From contig CAYPSN010000001.1 of NCBI GenBank assembly GCA_964413715.1, positions 10,613-74,612 of the forward strand: 64,000 bases of DNA. The letters are read 5' to 3'. This stretch comes from an uncultured Candidatus Saccharibacteria bacterium. Its GTDB lineage: Bacteria > Patescibacteriota > Saccharimonadia > CAILAD01 > JADZBC01. Every line of letters starts with the position of its first letter. Position 1 is the first letter of the stretch. Shown here in pieces: positions 19,236 through 29,500 of this stretch. The translations under genes were made by a program, and so were the position numbers. The notes under the pieces were generated by a model. That model saw only the letters and a list, made by a program, of their open reading frames with translations, was not told the DNA's origin and did no database searches.

Positions 19236-22163
19236 ATGACGCAGCAGGATGAAGCACATAAAACAGCCCAAGCCAACCTAGAAGAGCAGATGCTCGAAAC
19301 TTGGCAGCGCGAAAAAACCTTCGAGACTTCACTGAAGCAACGTAAAGGTCGGCCAGTGTATAGTTTTTTTGATGGGCCGCCGTTTGCCAATGGCTTGCCT
19401 CATTTTGGCCACTCGCTAGTAACAAGCATCAAGGACGCTATGCTGCGCTATAAAACGATGCGTGGCTATTATGTGCCGCGGCGAAATGGCTGGGATTGTC
19501 ACGGCTTACCAGTTGAGTTTGCGATTGAGAAAGAATTTGGTGTTAGTGGTAAAAAACAAATACTCGAACTCGGCATAGATAAGTTTAATGCCGCTTGCAG
19601 TGATTCGGTTTTTAAATACAAGAAAGACTGGGAAGAACTACTCAAACGTCTCGGGCGCTGGAGTGAATATGATAACTATTACGCCACGGTAGATAGCAAC
19701 TACACCGAAAGTGTGTGGTGGGCGCTCGCTCAGATTCACAAGAAAGGCTTGCTTTATAAGGGTTATAAGAGCACGCCATATTGTCCGCGCTGTGAGACTC
19801 CACTGTCTAACTTCGAGGTTAATGATGGCTACAAGGACAATGTACCCGACCCGAGTCTGTATGTGGCTTTTAAGTGCGCCCAAGAGGACGCTTACCTTTT
19901 AGGTTGGACCACTACACCATGGAGTCTACCTGGCAACGCCGCAATAGCGCTGAATCCAAATGAACAGTATGTATATGCTCGGTTACTGGAAGGCCCCTTG
20001 CAGGATAAGGTGGTGATTTTGGCCAAGAAGCGCCTCGAAGCTCTCGGCCACGATAATTACAAGATCGAACGGGAGGTGGCGGCAAGTGAGCTGATTGGTT
20101 CATCGTATGAGCCCCTGTTTGAGCTGACTGGGCTAGAGAATACTCCACACAGAGAGAACCTGTATAAGGTGTGGGGAGCTGACTTTGTGAGTGTAGAAGA
20201 CGGCACTGGGGTTTTGCACGTAGCTCCTGCTTTTGGCGAAGATGATCTAAACTTGGGTCAGAGCCAAAACATCCCAGTCCTACAAACAATCGATGCCAGC
20301 GGTCGTGTGACTGCCCAAGTTGGCAAGCCAGAGCTAGTGGGAATGTTTTTCAAAAAAGCCGATACCCATATCATTGAGCTGCTTACTGAGGCAGGGCATG
20401 TTTATGCAGCGGAGACCAAGGAGCACACCTATCCGTTCTGCTGGCGCTGCGAAACGCCACTTATGTACTATGCAATATCTAGTTGGTTTATTAAGGTGTC
20501 GGCAATTCGTGACCAGCTCAAGAAGACCGCTGCAGAAATCAATTGGACGCCAGCTCATATTAAAGACGGACGGTTTGGGCAGTGGATTGATGGGGCCCGA
20601 GACTGGGCAATTTCACGCAATCGATATTGGGGCGCGCCGATGCCGGTATGGGTAAACGAAGCTGACGACAACGACTACATCGTAGTAGAAAGCTATGATC
20701 AGCTTCGGGAGCTGGCTCAAGATAGTAGTATTGATACCAGCGATGTTCACCGGCCAAAGATAGACGATGTGGTGCTCAAGCGTGACGGCAAAACTTACCG
20801 CCGCGTCGAAGAAGTGCTTGACTGTTGGTTTGAGTCGGGGAGCATGAGTCTTGCCCAGCACCATTATCCTTTCGAGAATAAAGATGTTTTTGCACAAGCT
20901 TTTCCGGCCGACTTTATCATCGAAGGCTTGGATCAGACGCGTCTGTGGTTTTATGTGCAGCATGTTGTGAATACCATTCTGTTCGATGCTCCAGCTTACA
21001 AAAATGTAATTGTGAACGGCATGATTATGGCTGCTGACGGGCAGAAGTTGAGTAAACGTCTTAAAAACTATCCACCAATAGACGATGTGTTTCGTACTGA
21101 AGGCGCTGATAGCTTGCGCTTGTATCTTTTGTCGAATCACCAGGCAACTGAAACGGCCGAATACATTCCGTTTCAGCGAGATGCTATGCGCGACATGCAG
21201 CGTAACGTTTTGGCAACATTGCAGAACTCGCAGCGGTTTTTTAGCATGTATGCAAAAATCGACAATTGGCAGCCGCAGTCGCCGGGTGAATTACCACATA
21301 GCGATCATGTGCTCGACAAGTGGATGCTTGCTCGTGTGCAGGCTGCCATACGAGAAGTTACGACCGAAGCCGATAATTATCAGATTGCTCATGCGATTGC
21401 CCCAATCTTTCGTTTACTCGACGATTTGAGCAACTGGTATATCCGCCGCTCACGTCGCAGATTCTGGAAGAGTGACGACGACACTGATAAGGCCGCTGCT
21501 TACGAAACATTGTGGTATGCACTGGTGCGTGTTTGCCAGCTGCTCGCTCCGTGGGCGCCGTTCACAAGTGACTACGTTTGGCGGGAGCTTACCAGCAATA
21601 CCGGTCTGCCAAAATCAGTTCATTTGAGCGATTGGCCTGAGGTGGAGTATGTAAATGCTGATTCGTTGGAGGACATGGAGTTGACTCGCCAGCTGATTAA
21701 GGAGGCCCTCTCAGCACGAGCCGAGGCAGGCATTAAGGTGCGCCAGCCGTTGTCGAAGCTCACCGTTTCTGCTGATCGAGAATTAAGCCAAGCGTACTTG
21801 GATATTATTCAGGACGAAGTTAATGTTAAGTCCGTTCTACAGACTGCAAACGAGAACACAGTTGGGGTAGAGCTTGATGTGGAAGTCTCCCCACAACTCA
21901 AGCGTGAGGGTATGATGCGCGATTTAGTGCGCTTAATTCAGAATGCGCGTAAGCAAGCAGATTTAGAGGTTGATGACAGAATCACTTTGAGCCTCGTTAC
22001 CGATAGCGCTGAGCTGCAGCAGGCAATCGATGAGCATCGTAATACGATTATGCAAGAAACACTGGCTACCGAAATTGCTGCCGACGAAAAGAGTTTTGTG
22101 CAAGATGCAAAAGTTGATGGCAGTGATGTCAAAATTAGCCTAGAGCGCAGCAAGACCTTATAA
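19236..22163 (+). CDS. ileS: isoleucyl-tRNA synthetase. Start taken at MTQQDE; the ORF track begins at 19185.
   Basis: HIGH motif PHFGHSLV, KMSKS variant KLSKR, CP1 editing domain, about 975 aa. Confidence 0.9.
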   Translation: MTQQDEAHKTAQANLEEQMLETWQREKTFETSLKQRKGRPVYSFFDGPPFANGLPHFGHSLVTSIKDAMLRYKTMRGYYVPRRNGWDCHGLPVEFAIEKEFGVSGKKQILELGIDKFNAACSDSVFKYKKDWEELLKRLGRWSEYDNYYATVDSNYTESVWWALAQIHKKGLLYKGYKSTPYCPRCETPLSNFEVNDGYKDNVPDPSLYVAFKCAQEDAYLLGWTTTPWSLPGNAAIALNPNEQYVYARLLEGPLQDKVVILAKKRLEALGHDNYKIEREVAASELIGSSYEPLFELTGLENTPHRENLYKVWGADFVSVEDGTGVLHVAPAFGEDDLNLGQSQNIPVLQTIDASGRVTAQVGKPELVGMFFKKADTHIIELLTEAGHVYAAETKEHTYPFCWRCETPLMYYAISSWFIKVSAIRDQLKKTAAEINWTPAHIKDGRFGQWIDGARDWAISRNRYWGAPMPVWVNEADDNDYIVVESYDQLRELAQDSSIDTSDVHRPKIDDVVLKRDGKTYRRVEEVLDCWFESGSMSLAQHHYPFENKDVFAQAFPADFIIEGLDQTRLWFYVQHVVNTILFDAPAYKNVIVNGMIMAADGQKLSKRLKNYPPIDDVFRTEGADSLRLYLLSNHQATETAEYIPFQRDAMRDMQRNVLATLQNSQRFFSMYAKIDNWQPQSPGELPHSDHVLDKWMLARVQAAIREVTTEADNYQIAHAIAPIFRLLDDLSNWYIRRSRRRFWKSDDDTDKAAAYETLWYALVRVCQLLAPWAPFTSDYVWRELTSNTGLPKSVHLSDWPEVEYVNADSLEDMELTRQLIKEALSARAEAGIKVRQPLSKLTVSADRELSQAYLDIIQDEVNVKSVLQTANENTVGVELDVEVSPQLKREGMMRDLVRLIQNARKQADLEVDDRITLSLVTDSAELQQAIDEHRNTIMQETLATEIAADEKSFVQDAKVDGSDVKISLERSKTL

Positions 22164-22171
22164 TAAGGAAT

Positions 22172-23278
22172 ATGTTTGGGCTAAGGTTTATCCGTAAACT
22201 TGATGTAGTTGTCGGCGTCAGTACGCTTGTGCTGCTTGCTATTGGTTTGACGGTTTTGTACTCATCGGGCATTAAGCCTGCCGAGGTAGCTACCGAGATT
22301 GACCCAACGCGACAATTCCTTTATGGCGGCATTGGCTTATTGGTCATGCTGTTCTTCGCTCGCTTGGATTATCGTATCTTACGTAATTACAGTCTGGTTT
22401 TGTATGCGTTAGCCCTATTGGCACTTTTATATGTCGACGTTGCTGGCGCAACCCGGTTAGGAGCAACGCGCTGGATAGATATTGGGTTCTTTCAGTTTCA
22501 ACCCTCGGAATTTGCTAAGCCAATTTTGGCGATAGTGTTGGCCAAGTATTTTTCGCGTAACTACGACAATATTAACGAGTGGCGCTACTGGCTAGGGTCG
22601 CTTGTTTACGTGGCTCCACCCTTGTTGTTGGTGCTAGCACAGCCCGACCTTGGTACCGGAATGGTGTTTGGTATTATTTGGCTTTCGGTTGCTGTCGCAG
22701 CTAAGGTGCGTTGGCAGTATTTATTCGGGCTCTTTGCTAGTACTGCGGCAATGATTCCGTTAATTGTGCCACGTCTGCAGCCCTACCAACGCCAGCGGCT
22801 TACGACCTTCCTGAACCCTGCGGCAAACCCCACAACCACGGGCTATAATGTGAACCAAGCGATTATCGCGGTAGGGAATGGCGGGTGGTTTGGACAAGGC
22901 CTTGGGTCGGGGAGTCAGAGTCAAGGTAATTTCTTGCCATCTCAGCAGACAGATTTTATTTTTGCAGTTTTGGCTGAAAAACTCGGCTTCTTTGGTGGCC
23001 TGCTCACGCTCGTTGCCTTTTTAGTGCTAATTGCCCGTGGTTATTGGATTACTCAAATGGCGGCCGATCGGTTTGGCGGCTTGCTTGGCGTGGCGCTTAT
23101 GAGTATGCTGCTTTTCCATGTCTTTATTAATGTCGGTATGAACTTGGGCATCATGCCTGTCACTGGTATTCCGCTGCCGTTTATTTCGGCGGGTGGGTCG
23201 AGCATGATTGTTACTATGTTTGCTGTTGGCGTTATTCAAAGCATTTACATTCTACGACGCAAAAAGGAGTTTTTATAG
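22172..23278 (+). CDS. ftsW: SEDS-family peptidoglycan glycosyltransferase (FtsW/RodA)
   Basis: 368 aa, about 10 TM helices, conserved GQGLGSGSQ...PxxxTDFIF motifs. Confidence 0.85.
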   Translation: MFGLRFIRKLDVVVGVSTLVLLAIGLTVLYSSGIKPAEVATEIDPTRQFLYGGIGLLVMLFFARLDYRILRNYSLVLYALALLALLYVDVAGATRLGATRWIDIGFFQFQPSEFAKPILAIVLAKYFSRNYDNINEWRYWLGSLVYVAPPLLLVLAQPDLGTGMVFGIIWLSVAVAAKVRWQYLFGLFASTAAMIPLIVPRLQPYQRQRLTTFLNPAANPTTTGYNVNQAIIAVGNGGWFGQGLGSGSQSQGNFLPSQQTDFIFAVLAEKLGFFGGLLTLVAFLVLIARGYWITQMAADRFGGLLGVALMSMLLFHVFINVGMNLGIMPVTGIPLPFISAGGSSMIVTMFAVGVIQSIYILRRKKEFL

Positions 23279-23835
23279 TGAGCCGACGAAAGAGCCTTAC
23301 TATATTGTTAGGTATAGTTGTTGCCTGTTTGAGTGTGTACCGCGGGATAAGTATGCAACAGAATTCGTCGGCTTCACAGCAGCCCACAAATCTAGGGGAA
23401 TATCGCGTTGAGAAAGTGGTTGATGGTGACACCATCGAAGTTCAAATTGATGGAAGAATGCAAAAAGTGCGACTAATTGGAATGGACACGCCAGAGGTGG
23501 TTGACCCGCGAAAGGTAGTGCAGTGTTTTGGGCGCGAAGCTTCGGCGGAGGCACACAAACGCCTCGAAGGTAAAACGGTGCGCCTAGAATATGATGTTCA
23601 GGTTGGGGAGCAAGACAAGTATGGTCGTAGATTGGCTTACGTGTTTTTGCCCGATGGCAGCAACTATGCTGAGACTATGATCCGCGATGGCTATGCCAAA
23701 GAATACACCTACCAAGGCCAAGTCTATAAATACCAGGCCAACTTTAAACAAGCCCAGGCTGAAGCCGCATCCGCCAGTCGGGGCTTTTGGTCACCAAACA
23801 CGTGCGGAGGAGATACGAAGCAAGCCGCAAAGTAA
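23278..23835 (+). CDS. membrane-anchored thermonuclease (staphylococcal nuclease homologue)
   Basis: 185 aa. N-terminal TM, SNase motifs DGDTIEV, VRLIGMDTPE, RLAYVF..DG. Start overlaps the ftsW stop. Confidence 0.8.
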   Translation: MSRRKSLTILLGIVVACLSVYRGISMQQNSSASQQPTNLGEYRVEKVVDGDTIEVQIDGRMQKVRLIGMDTPEVVDPRKVVQCFGREASAEAHKRLEGKTVRLEYDVQVGEQDKYGRRLAYVFLPDGSNYAETMIRDGYAKEYTYQGQVYKYQANFKQAQAEAASASRGFWSPNTCGGDTKQAAK

Positions 23836-23898
23836 GGTGTGCACTGCTAGTATTATTCTTATGTTATACTAGCAATTAATAACAAGGAGAATAATTAG

Positions 23899-25200
23899 AT
23901 GGCCGAAGGGGTAGAGGCTGAAGCACAGCGACTTTATGATGAGCACAGGGATGCCGCATCCAAACTCCCGGAAGTTAGGCCAATGGCTTATGAAGAGCGC
24001 AGAAAAGTTGCATTAGAATTCCTTGAAGAGATTAAGGCTGCTGAAGTGGCTTCAAGCCAAGGTTTATTAGGTGGTCACATTTCTATTGATGATAAGTGGG
24101 AATACGGACATCCCGTTGACCAGGTCATTGGTATGATCCGAGAGTATGGTCCAGTGGTTGAGTCTGAAGAGGCTAATCCTCTAGGTTCAGAGACTGCAAA
24201 CAGAGATTACCAGGCTAATCTCCGTGAGGCACCACAGCATTTTCGTGATAACGAGGAGGAGTATAAGCAGGCTGCCGTGCAGAATGCACGTGCGGCTGGG
24301 GTTGAAGTCGAGTATCCCCCATACACTCACGTAGATCATGAAGAGACTCGTGAAAAACCGACTCCCAAGCTAGAGCTAGTCAATTTAGAAAATCAAACAG
24401 ATCCGGCCGACGACAGCACATATCAAGTTGAAACTTCACTGGGAAAAGCTGAGGTGAGTGCTCGGCAGGAGACTACCAGGGCTGAACATGTCGAGTCCAG
24501 TGGTCAGAAGTTTACCAAAGACTCAATTGATTATAGTGCGGTTCTGAGCCATTTAGGTATTCACACGGGTGGCGAAGTCGCTGGCAGCCAATTTAGTGGT
24601 GAGCTATTCTCGAGCGCCGAGGACATCGTGAAATTTATTGGGGAAGTGCTGCCCAGCGAGCTAGAGTATGACCAGTTTGGACGTGTGGAGCTGACACTTG
24701 ACGTTGCTTTACCCGAAGGCCAGGCCATTGGTTATGCAGGAGTTAAGAGTGTTGAAGAACTCCAGCGGTCAGGTATCTCGCCACAGCCAGCAATGCGAAC
24801 TCCGGGTGGCGAGTCGGGTGAAGTCGATGGATTGAAGGGCGCCTGGTATCCCGAGACCGTCCGAGATGCATCCGGTGCGTTTGTGGTGGCGACGGCCGAA
24901 GACGGTTCAGTTAAGAATCCTCGGGCAAAGTTTGAGCCAGAAGCTCTGATAGGTCAAGTAGACAATCCCGACGCCGCCAAGACAACTCGTTTAAGCGTGG
25001 TAATCCAGCTAGACAGAGAAAGTGGTAAACCCGTAGTACTCACAGCCTATCCAGGCGAGATTGCGCCTCCATTCCCGGTCAAAATTGACACTGAGAACTT
25101 TAAGGTCAATACCCTACACGATGGGCCCGAAGCTAAGTATTGGAAAGAACACGCCTTTCTTAAATTCTCTACACCGCGTGAGACAAGCCTCGACGCCTAA
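23899..25200 (+). CDS. hypothetical acidic protein
   Basis: 433 aa, no recognisable domain. Good SD aaggaga upstream. Confidence 0.5.
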   Translation: MAEGVEAEAQRLYDEHRDAASKLPEVRPMAYEERRKVALEFLEEIKAAEVASSQGLLGGHISIDDKWEYGHPVDQVIGMIREYGPVVESEEANPLGSETANRDYQANLREAPQHFRDNEEEYKQAAVQNARAAGVEVEYPPYTHVDHEETREKPTPKLELVNLENQTDPADDSTYQVETSLGKAEVSARQETTRAEHVESSGQKFTKDSIDYSAVLSHLGIHTGGEVAGSQFSGELFSSAEDIVKFIGEVLPSELEYDQFGRVELTLDVALPEGQAIGYAGVKSVEELQRSGISPQPAMRTPGGESGEVDGLKGAWYPETVRDASGAFVVATAEDGSVKNPRAKFEPEALIGQVDNPDAAKTTRLSVVIQLDRESGKPVVLTAYPGEIAPPFPVKIDTENFKVNTLHDGPEAKYWKEHAFLKFSTPRETSLDA

Positions 25201-25488
25201 ATGAAACTGAAACGCATACTCATTGTTGGGCGTGGCAGTGCTGGTAAATCGACATTTGCCAAAGTCTTAGGTAAGAAGCTAGGCTTGCTCGTGTACCACC
25301 TAGACAAATATTTCTGGAAATCTGGCTGGAAACCTCACGAGAATATTTACAAAATCCACACTAAACTTATCGCTTAAGACGAGCGGATCATTGAAGGTAG
25401 TACCGAGTATCTGGCCGAGCGGGCTCGTCGAGCAGACTTGTTCGCAGTACCGGTTAGTAGTAGAAGGGTTGCGGGCGGGCTGCTATAA
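25201..25488 (+). pseudogene. P-loop NTPase (adenylate-kinase-like / topology-modulation-protein family) remnant with in-frame TAA and C-terminal truncation
   Basis: MKLKRILIVGRGSAGKSTFAKVLGKKLGLLVYHLDKYFWKSGWKP..., TAA at 25375-25377, then the same frame continues DERIIEGSTEYLAERARRADLF (family motif). Ends about 95 codons in, whereas the family is about 170 aa. Confidence 0.6.
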
Positions 25489-25496
25489 TACTAGAT

Positions 25497-26423
25497 ATGA
25501 GCAAGGTGTATGACGTAATTATTATTGGTGCGGGGCCGGCTGGATACACAGCCGCTATTTATGCTGCACGGGCGGACTTGAGTGTACTGATGCTGGCGGG
25601 AGATACCCCTGGCGGTCAGCTGCTACTCACCAACGAAGTAGATAACTTCCCAGGCTTTAAAGACGGCATTATGGGTCCTGAGCTGATGCAGCAAATGAAG
25701 GACCAGGCCAAGCGGTTTGGCACAGAAATTATTAGTGAATTTGTAATCAAGGTGGACTTCGCGGGCAAAGTAAAGAAAATCGATGTGCGCGACACTACCT
25801 ACAGCGCCAAGACTGTTATTATTTCGACTGGGGCTTCAGCGAATTGGCTAGGACTAGAGAATGAGCAGCGACTAATGGGTAAGGGCATCAGCGCCTGTGC
25901 AACCTGCGATGCTTTCTTCTTCCGCGACAAAGAAGTAGTGGTTGTGGGCGGCGGCGATGTGGCTATGGAAGAGGCCGAGACGCTCACTAAGTTTGCCAGC
26001 AAAGTTACCGTTGTGCATCGACGGGATGAGCTAAGAGCCAGCAAGATAATGCAGAAGCGAGCTTTTGATAACCCGAAGATAGAGTTTATTTGGAACAGTG
26101 AAGTGGTGGATGTGTTGGGGCAAGACATGGTAGAGGGGGTGCGCCTGCGTGACACGCAAGATGACAGTGAAAAAGACTATCCTTGCCAAGGCATGTTCGT
26201 GGCAATTGGTCACACTCCAGCCACGAAGTTGTTTAAGGACGTGCTCACACTCGACGAAAAGGGCTACATTGTAACTCAAGACCACTCTGTTCTTACGGAG
26301 ATTGACGGTGTGTTTGCAGCCGGTGACGTGGTCGATGCTCATTATCGTCAGGCGATTACGGCAGCGGGCGATGGCTGTAGGGCGGCTTTGGAGGCCGAAC
26401 GCTATTTAGCTAACCAGGGGTAG
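25497..26423 (+). CDS. trxB: thioredoxin-disulfide reductase
   Basis: 308 aa. FAD motif GAGPAGYTAAIYA, redox-active CATC, NADPH motif GGGDVAMEEA. Confidence 0.9.
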   Translation: MSKVYDVIIIGAGPAGYTAAIYAARADLSVLMLAGDTPGGQLLLTNEVDNFPGFKDGIMGPELMQQMKDQAKRFGTEIISEFVIKVDFAGKVKKIDVRDTTYSAKTVIISTGASANWLGLENEQRLMGKGISACATCDAFFFRDKEVVVVGGGDVAMEEAETLTKFASKVTVVHRRDELRASKIMQKRAFDNPKIEFIWNSEVVDVLGQDMVEGVRLRDTQDDSEKDYPCQGMFVAIGHTPATKLFKDVLTLDEKGYIVTQDHSVLTEIDGVFAAGDVVDAHYRQAITAAGDGCRAALEAERYLANQG

Positions 26424-26427
26424 AGTA

Positions 26428-27021
26428 ATGGCGAACGAGGAATACTATAAGCGCCAAATTGAACGTCTGAATGCAAAGATTCGTGAGCTTGAAGGGAAGA
26501 TTGCGGTTGATGATTTAACCAAAATCCTTAGCCGACGTGGTCTGGAAGACGCACTGAAGATATTTACGAATGAAGTTGACTATCAACTTAAAAACCCCGA
26601 TCGGCGTCAACTTCTCTCTATTAAATCCTTGTCGGTTTTGTTCATCGACATTGATCACTTTAAGCAGGTGAATGATACATATGGACATAAGGGCGGTGAT
26701 GTTGTTCTGCAGCAACTTGCTGCCACCGTGCGGAACTCGTTGCGTGGGATTGACGTAGTAGGGCGTTATGGCGGAGAAGAGATTGTGGTTGGCCTGATTG
26801 GTGCCGAAGTTCAGCATGCTCAACAAATCGCCGAGGATTTACGCACAAAAATCGCTACCCATACCATTGAGCTAGATGATGCCAAGGTACAGGTAACGGT
26901 GTCTATCGGTGTAGCTTCTATGAAGCCTGGTCTGGCTTTACATGATTTACTCGATAATGCCGATAAAGCGCTATACCAAGCCAAGAACAGTGGGCGTAAT
27001 CGAGTAGAGGTCTATGCTTAG
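26428..27021 (+). CDS. GGDEF-domain diguanylate cyclase with N-terminal coiled coil
   Basis: 197 aa. Active-site RYGGEEIVV (GGEEF), upstream DxLT-like RRGLEDAL, and I-site-like region. Confidence 0.85.
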   Translation: MANEEYYKRQIERLNAKIRELEGKIAVDDLTKILSRRGLEDALKIFTNEVDYQLKNPDRRQLLSIKSLSVLFIDIDHFKQVNDTYGHKGGDVVLQQLAATVRNSLRGIDVVGRYGGEEIVVGLIGAEVQHAQQIAEDLRTKIATHTIELDDAKVQVTVSIGVASMKPGLALHDLLDNADKALYQAKNSGRNRVEVYA

Positions 27022-27517
27022 GGCGTCTCGAAAAATCGATGGACTTTATTCGATTGGGGCGATTCGACCACTGCATTGTCGTGCACTGGCGCAATTATTT
27101 CGCCATGCGATTGAAAATGATTTTAGTTACTACAGTAGCGATTATCAAAAGTTAACACAGCGTCAAAACACGGCAGCGAAGCTGTGTCTCGGCGCATTGC
27201 GTAAAAGTCGAGTCTTGATTGGCGTATGGTACACGGGCGAACTGGTAGGCTATCTCATTGGCGCAACCAGGCCGGGCAGTAGTGATGGCGATGTATTCTG
27301 GCTGTATGTGCGTCCTGACCATCGTGGTAAAAAGCTCGGTGCAGATTTGCTGCTGGAGTCTATTCGGAATTTTCGCGCGTTAGGCATAAAGAATCTCGAG
27401 CTGGTTACCTATGATCACGCCGATTTTTATAAAAAGCACGATTTTCAGGTGGAGCGTTTGGCCAAGGGCTTTATCGGTGGTCAAGATGTGTATATTATGA
27501 AAAGGTCATTGGTCTAG
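27014..27517 (+). CDS. GNAT-family N-acetyltransferase (probable)
   Basis: 167 aa. V..GYLIG...RPDHRGKKLGADLL is acetyl-CoA-binding motif-A-like. Confidence 0.55.
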   Translation: MLRASRKIDGLYSIGAIRPLHCRALAQLFRHAIENDFSYYSSDYQKLTQRQNTAAKLCLGALRKSRVLIGVWYTGELVGYLIGATRPGSSDGDVFWLYVRPDHRGKKLGADLLLESIRNFRALGIKNLELVTYDHADFYKKHDFQVERLAKGFIGGQDVYIMKRSLV

Positions 27518-27520
27518 ACT

Positions 27521-28936
27521 ATGAGCAAGAGTCCAGTACAGAAGAAACCTAAACCGAAGGCTTCGAAGCAGCAAGCCCACGCTAATTATATGCCCCCATT
27601 ACCGCAACGAAAGCAGAAAAAGTCCCGTAAAAAACTGTTCAAGACAGCAGCTTGGCTTGGCTGTCTGTTGTTGGTGGCGGGTGTGGCCTACACGAGTTAC
27701 TCGTTAATTGTTAATGACGGAACCCGGCAATCTCGTGATTTACTTACTCGACTTGTAAGCCCCCAACAGCCACAGCCAAAGTTTGGTAAAGTTATTTCGG
27801 TTGAGCCGGCATTGCCCTATGATGCCGCTGCAACCAAAGCCTTGATTCTGCAGACAAATAAAACATTTAACACCCCAATTACTAGTGGCATTCGCAAGCA
27901 AGTCGTGCGCTACACTTCGTCCGACCAAGATGGTAACGAAATCCCAGTTTACGCGAGAGTGTATGCGCCGACTAATTTGGCGAACGGGGCGAAGCTGCCG
28001 GTTTTTGCTTTTGCGCCTGGCACGACAGGAATTGATGATCGCTGTGCAGCCAGTCTAGAGCGCCCACAAGTGGCCAATTGGGCAAACTATGACTCGCTTA
28101 TGGCGGCATATGCAGCTAAGGGCTATTTGGTGATTATCACTGACTATCAGGGTATGCGTGACGCCAAACGTACTCACCACTATATGGTCGGGTCGCAAGA
28201 AGGGCGAGCTGTGCTCGACAGTATTCGTGTCCTAAAAAATCTTGATACCACCAAAAGCGTAGTCGACACTTCAAATATATTCGTTTCTGGCTATTCCCAG
28301 GGTGGTCATGCCGCGCTCTGGGCAGATATGCTTGCTCGGGATTATGCACCAGAGTTATCCCTAAAAGGCTTAGTTGGGTTTGGGCCAGTAAGCGATGTAC
28401 GGACTACACTTACTGATATTACTCGAGGAGCTAATATTAACTGGTTTGGGCCATTTCTGCTAACCTCGTACCCAGATTACTATCGTACCAACTACGACAC
28501 CAGTAAATATTTGCTGCCAAAATGGCAAGAAAGCCTCACTAGCGATATTGCTACGCAGTGTATTAATACCGTTATACCTCATTGGGGTAAAAACCCAGCT
28601 GCAATCTACCAGCCGTCCTTTTTGAGCGCTTTGGCGAGCGGCAATTGGGGTAGTGAATACGCGGATTTCGCCAGAGATCTTGATAAAAACCGCGCTGGCA
28701 CAATTGCCACTGCCACGCCAAAGCTGATTAACCATGGCCGGCGGGACAATGTAGTTTTGGCGAGTCAATCAGAAACTTTGCGGGTACGTTTGTGCGGTTT
28801 GGGTGGTGGCACTACGACGCTGAAAATCTATCCTACGGCTACACATTATGACACTATGGTGCAGAGCTACAACGATACTCTTGTGTGGATGAATGCCGTT
28901 AAGGCTGGTCGGCAGGTAGTATCAAGCTGCCAGTAG
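27521..28936 (+). CDS. membrane-anchored/secreted alpha/beta-hydrolase, secretory-lipase-like
   Basis: 471 aa. Basic N-terminus plus TM, nucleophile elbow GYSQGG (GxSxG), lipase-like size and topology. Confidence 0.55.
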   Translation: MSKSPVQKKPKPKASKQQAHANYMPPLPQRKQKKSRKKLFKTAAWLGCLLLVAGVAYTSYSLIVNDGTRQSRDLLTRLVSPQQPQPKFGKVISVEPALPYDAAATKALILQTNKTFNTPITSGIRKQVVRYTSSDQDGNEIPVYARVYAPTNLANGAKLPVFAFAPGTTGIDDRCAASLERPQVANWANYDSLMAAYAAKGYLVIITDYQGMRDAKRTHHYMVGSQEGRAVLDSIRVLKNLDTTKSVVDTSNIFVSGYSQGGHAALWADMLARDYAPELSLKGLVGFGPVSDVRTTLTDITRGANINWFGPFLLTSYPDYYRTNYDTSKYLLPKWQESLTSDIATQCINTVIPHWGKNPAAIYQPSFLSALASGNWGSEYADFARDLDKNRAGTIATATPKLINHGRRDNVVLASQSETLRVRLCGLGGGTTTLKIYPTATHYDTMVQSYNDTLVWMNAVKAGRQVVSSCQ

Positions 28937-29470
28937 AAAAATAAACATCTGTAGGTAGAAGAGGTTGATATTGACTACCTGGGCTAGCCAAAAGTACTTA
29001 TACGGCATGATGGTAATTATTGGATAGCCCGACAGAATAATTAATTCAATGGCCAGTGTTAGGGATCGGGTGCTTAGGGAGATGTTGAGCCCAAATGTAC
29101 CGACTATACCCATGGAGATAATGAACCCGCTCATAGCAAACGCCAGAGCGGTATGTACGGCGCTGAATTTTCCTTTAGCAGGCAGCACTGCTTGCAGCCA
29201 CTGCGTCATTACACCTGCGGATGCCAAGGCTAACATGAGCGCGTTGTGATATTCTAACCAGAAGAGACGGTATGAGAAGGCTAAAAAAGCCGCACCGCCC
29301 ACCAGGTGAGTTAGGATGTAGATAATGAGATTGGCGGGGGAAGCTACAGCGCGTTCACTAAGTGTGCAGTTGGCTTTGCCGTGTTGACGGTACAGCAGTA
29401 GGACGTGGCCAACGTTGATGACGACGAAGGAAATGAGAAGTGCTAATGATGCTGAAGCGTTCGTGAACAT
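28922..29470 (-). CDS. hypothetical multi-pass membrane protein
   Basis: 182 aa, 5-6 predicted TM helices. Coupled downstream of rplU. Confidence 0.5.
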   Translation of the reverse strand: MFTNASASLALLISFVVINVGHVLLLYRQHGKANCTLSERAVASPANLIIYILTHLVGGAAFLAFSYRLFWLEYHNALMLALASAGVMTQWLQAVLPAKGKFSAVHTALAFAMSGFIISMGIVGTFGLNISLSTRSLTLAIELIILSGYPIITIMPYKYFWLAQVVNINLFYLQMFIFLLAA

Positions 29471-29500
29471 ATAGCAAAAATCGCCCTAGGGCGATCAGTG

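Noticed and set aside
29471-29500. Expected rpmA (L27) downstream of rplU
   Set aside because: Not present. rplU is followed on the minus strand by an unrelated membrane protein gene. Noted but not interpretable from one window; rpmA may be elsewhere.
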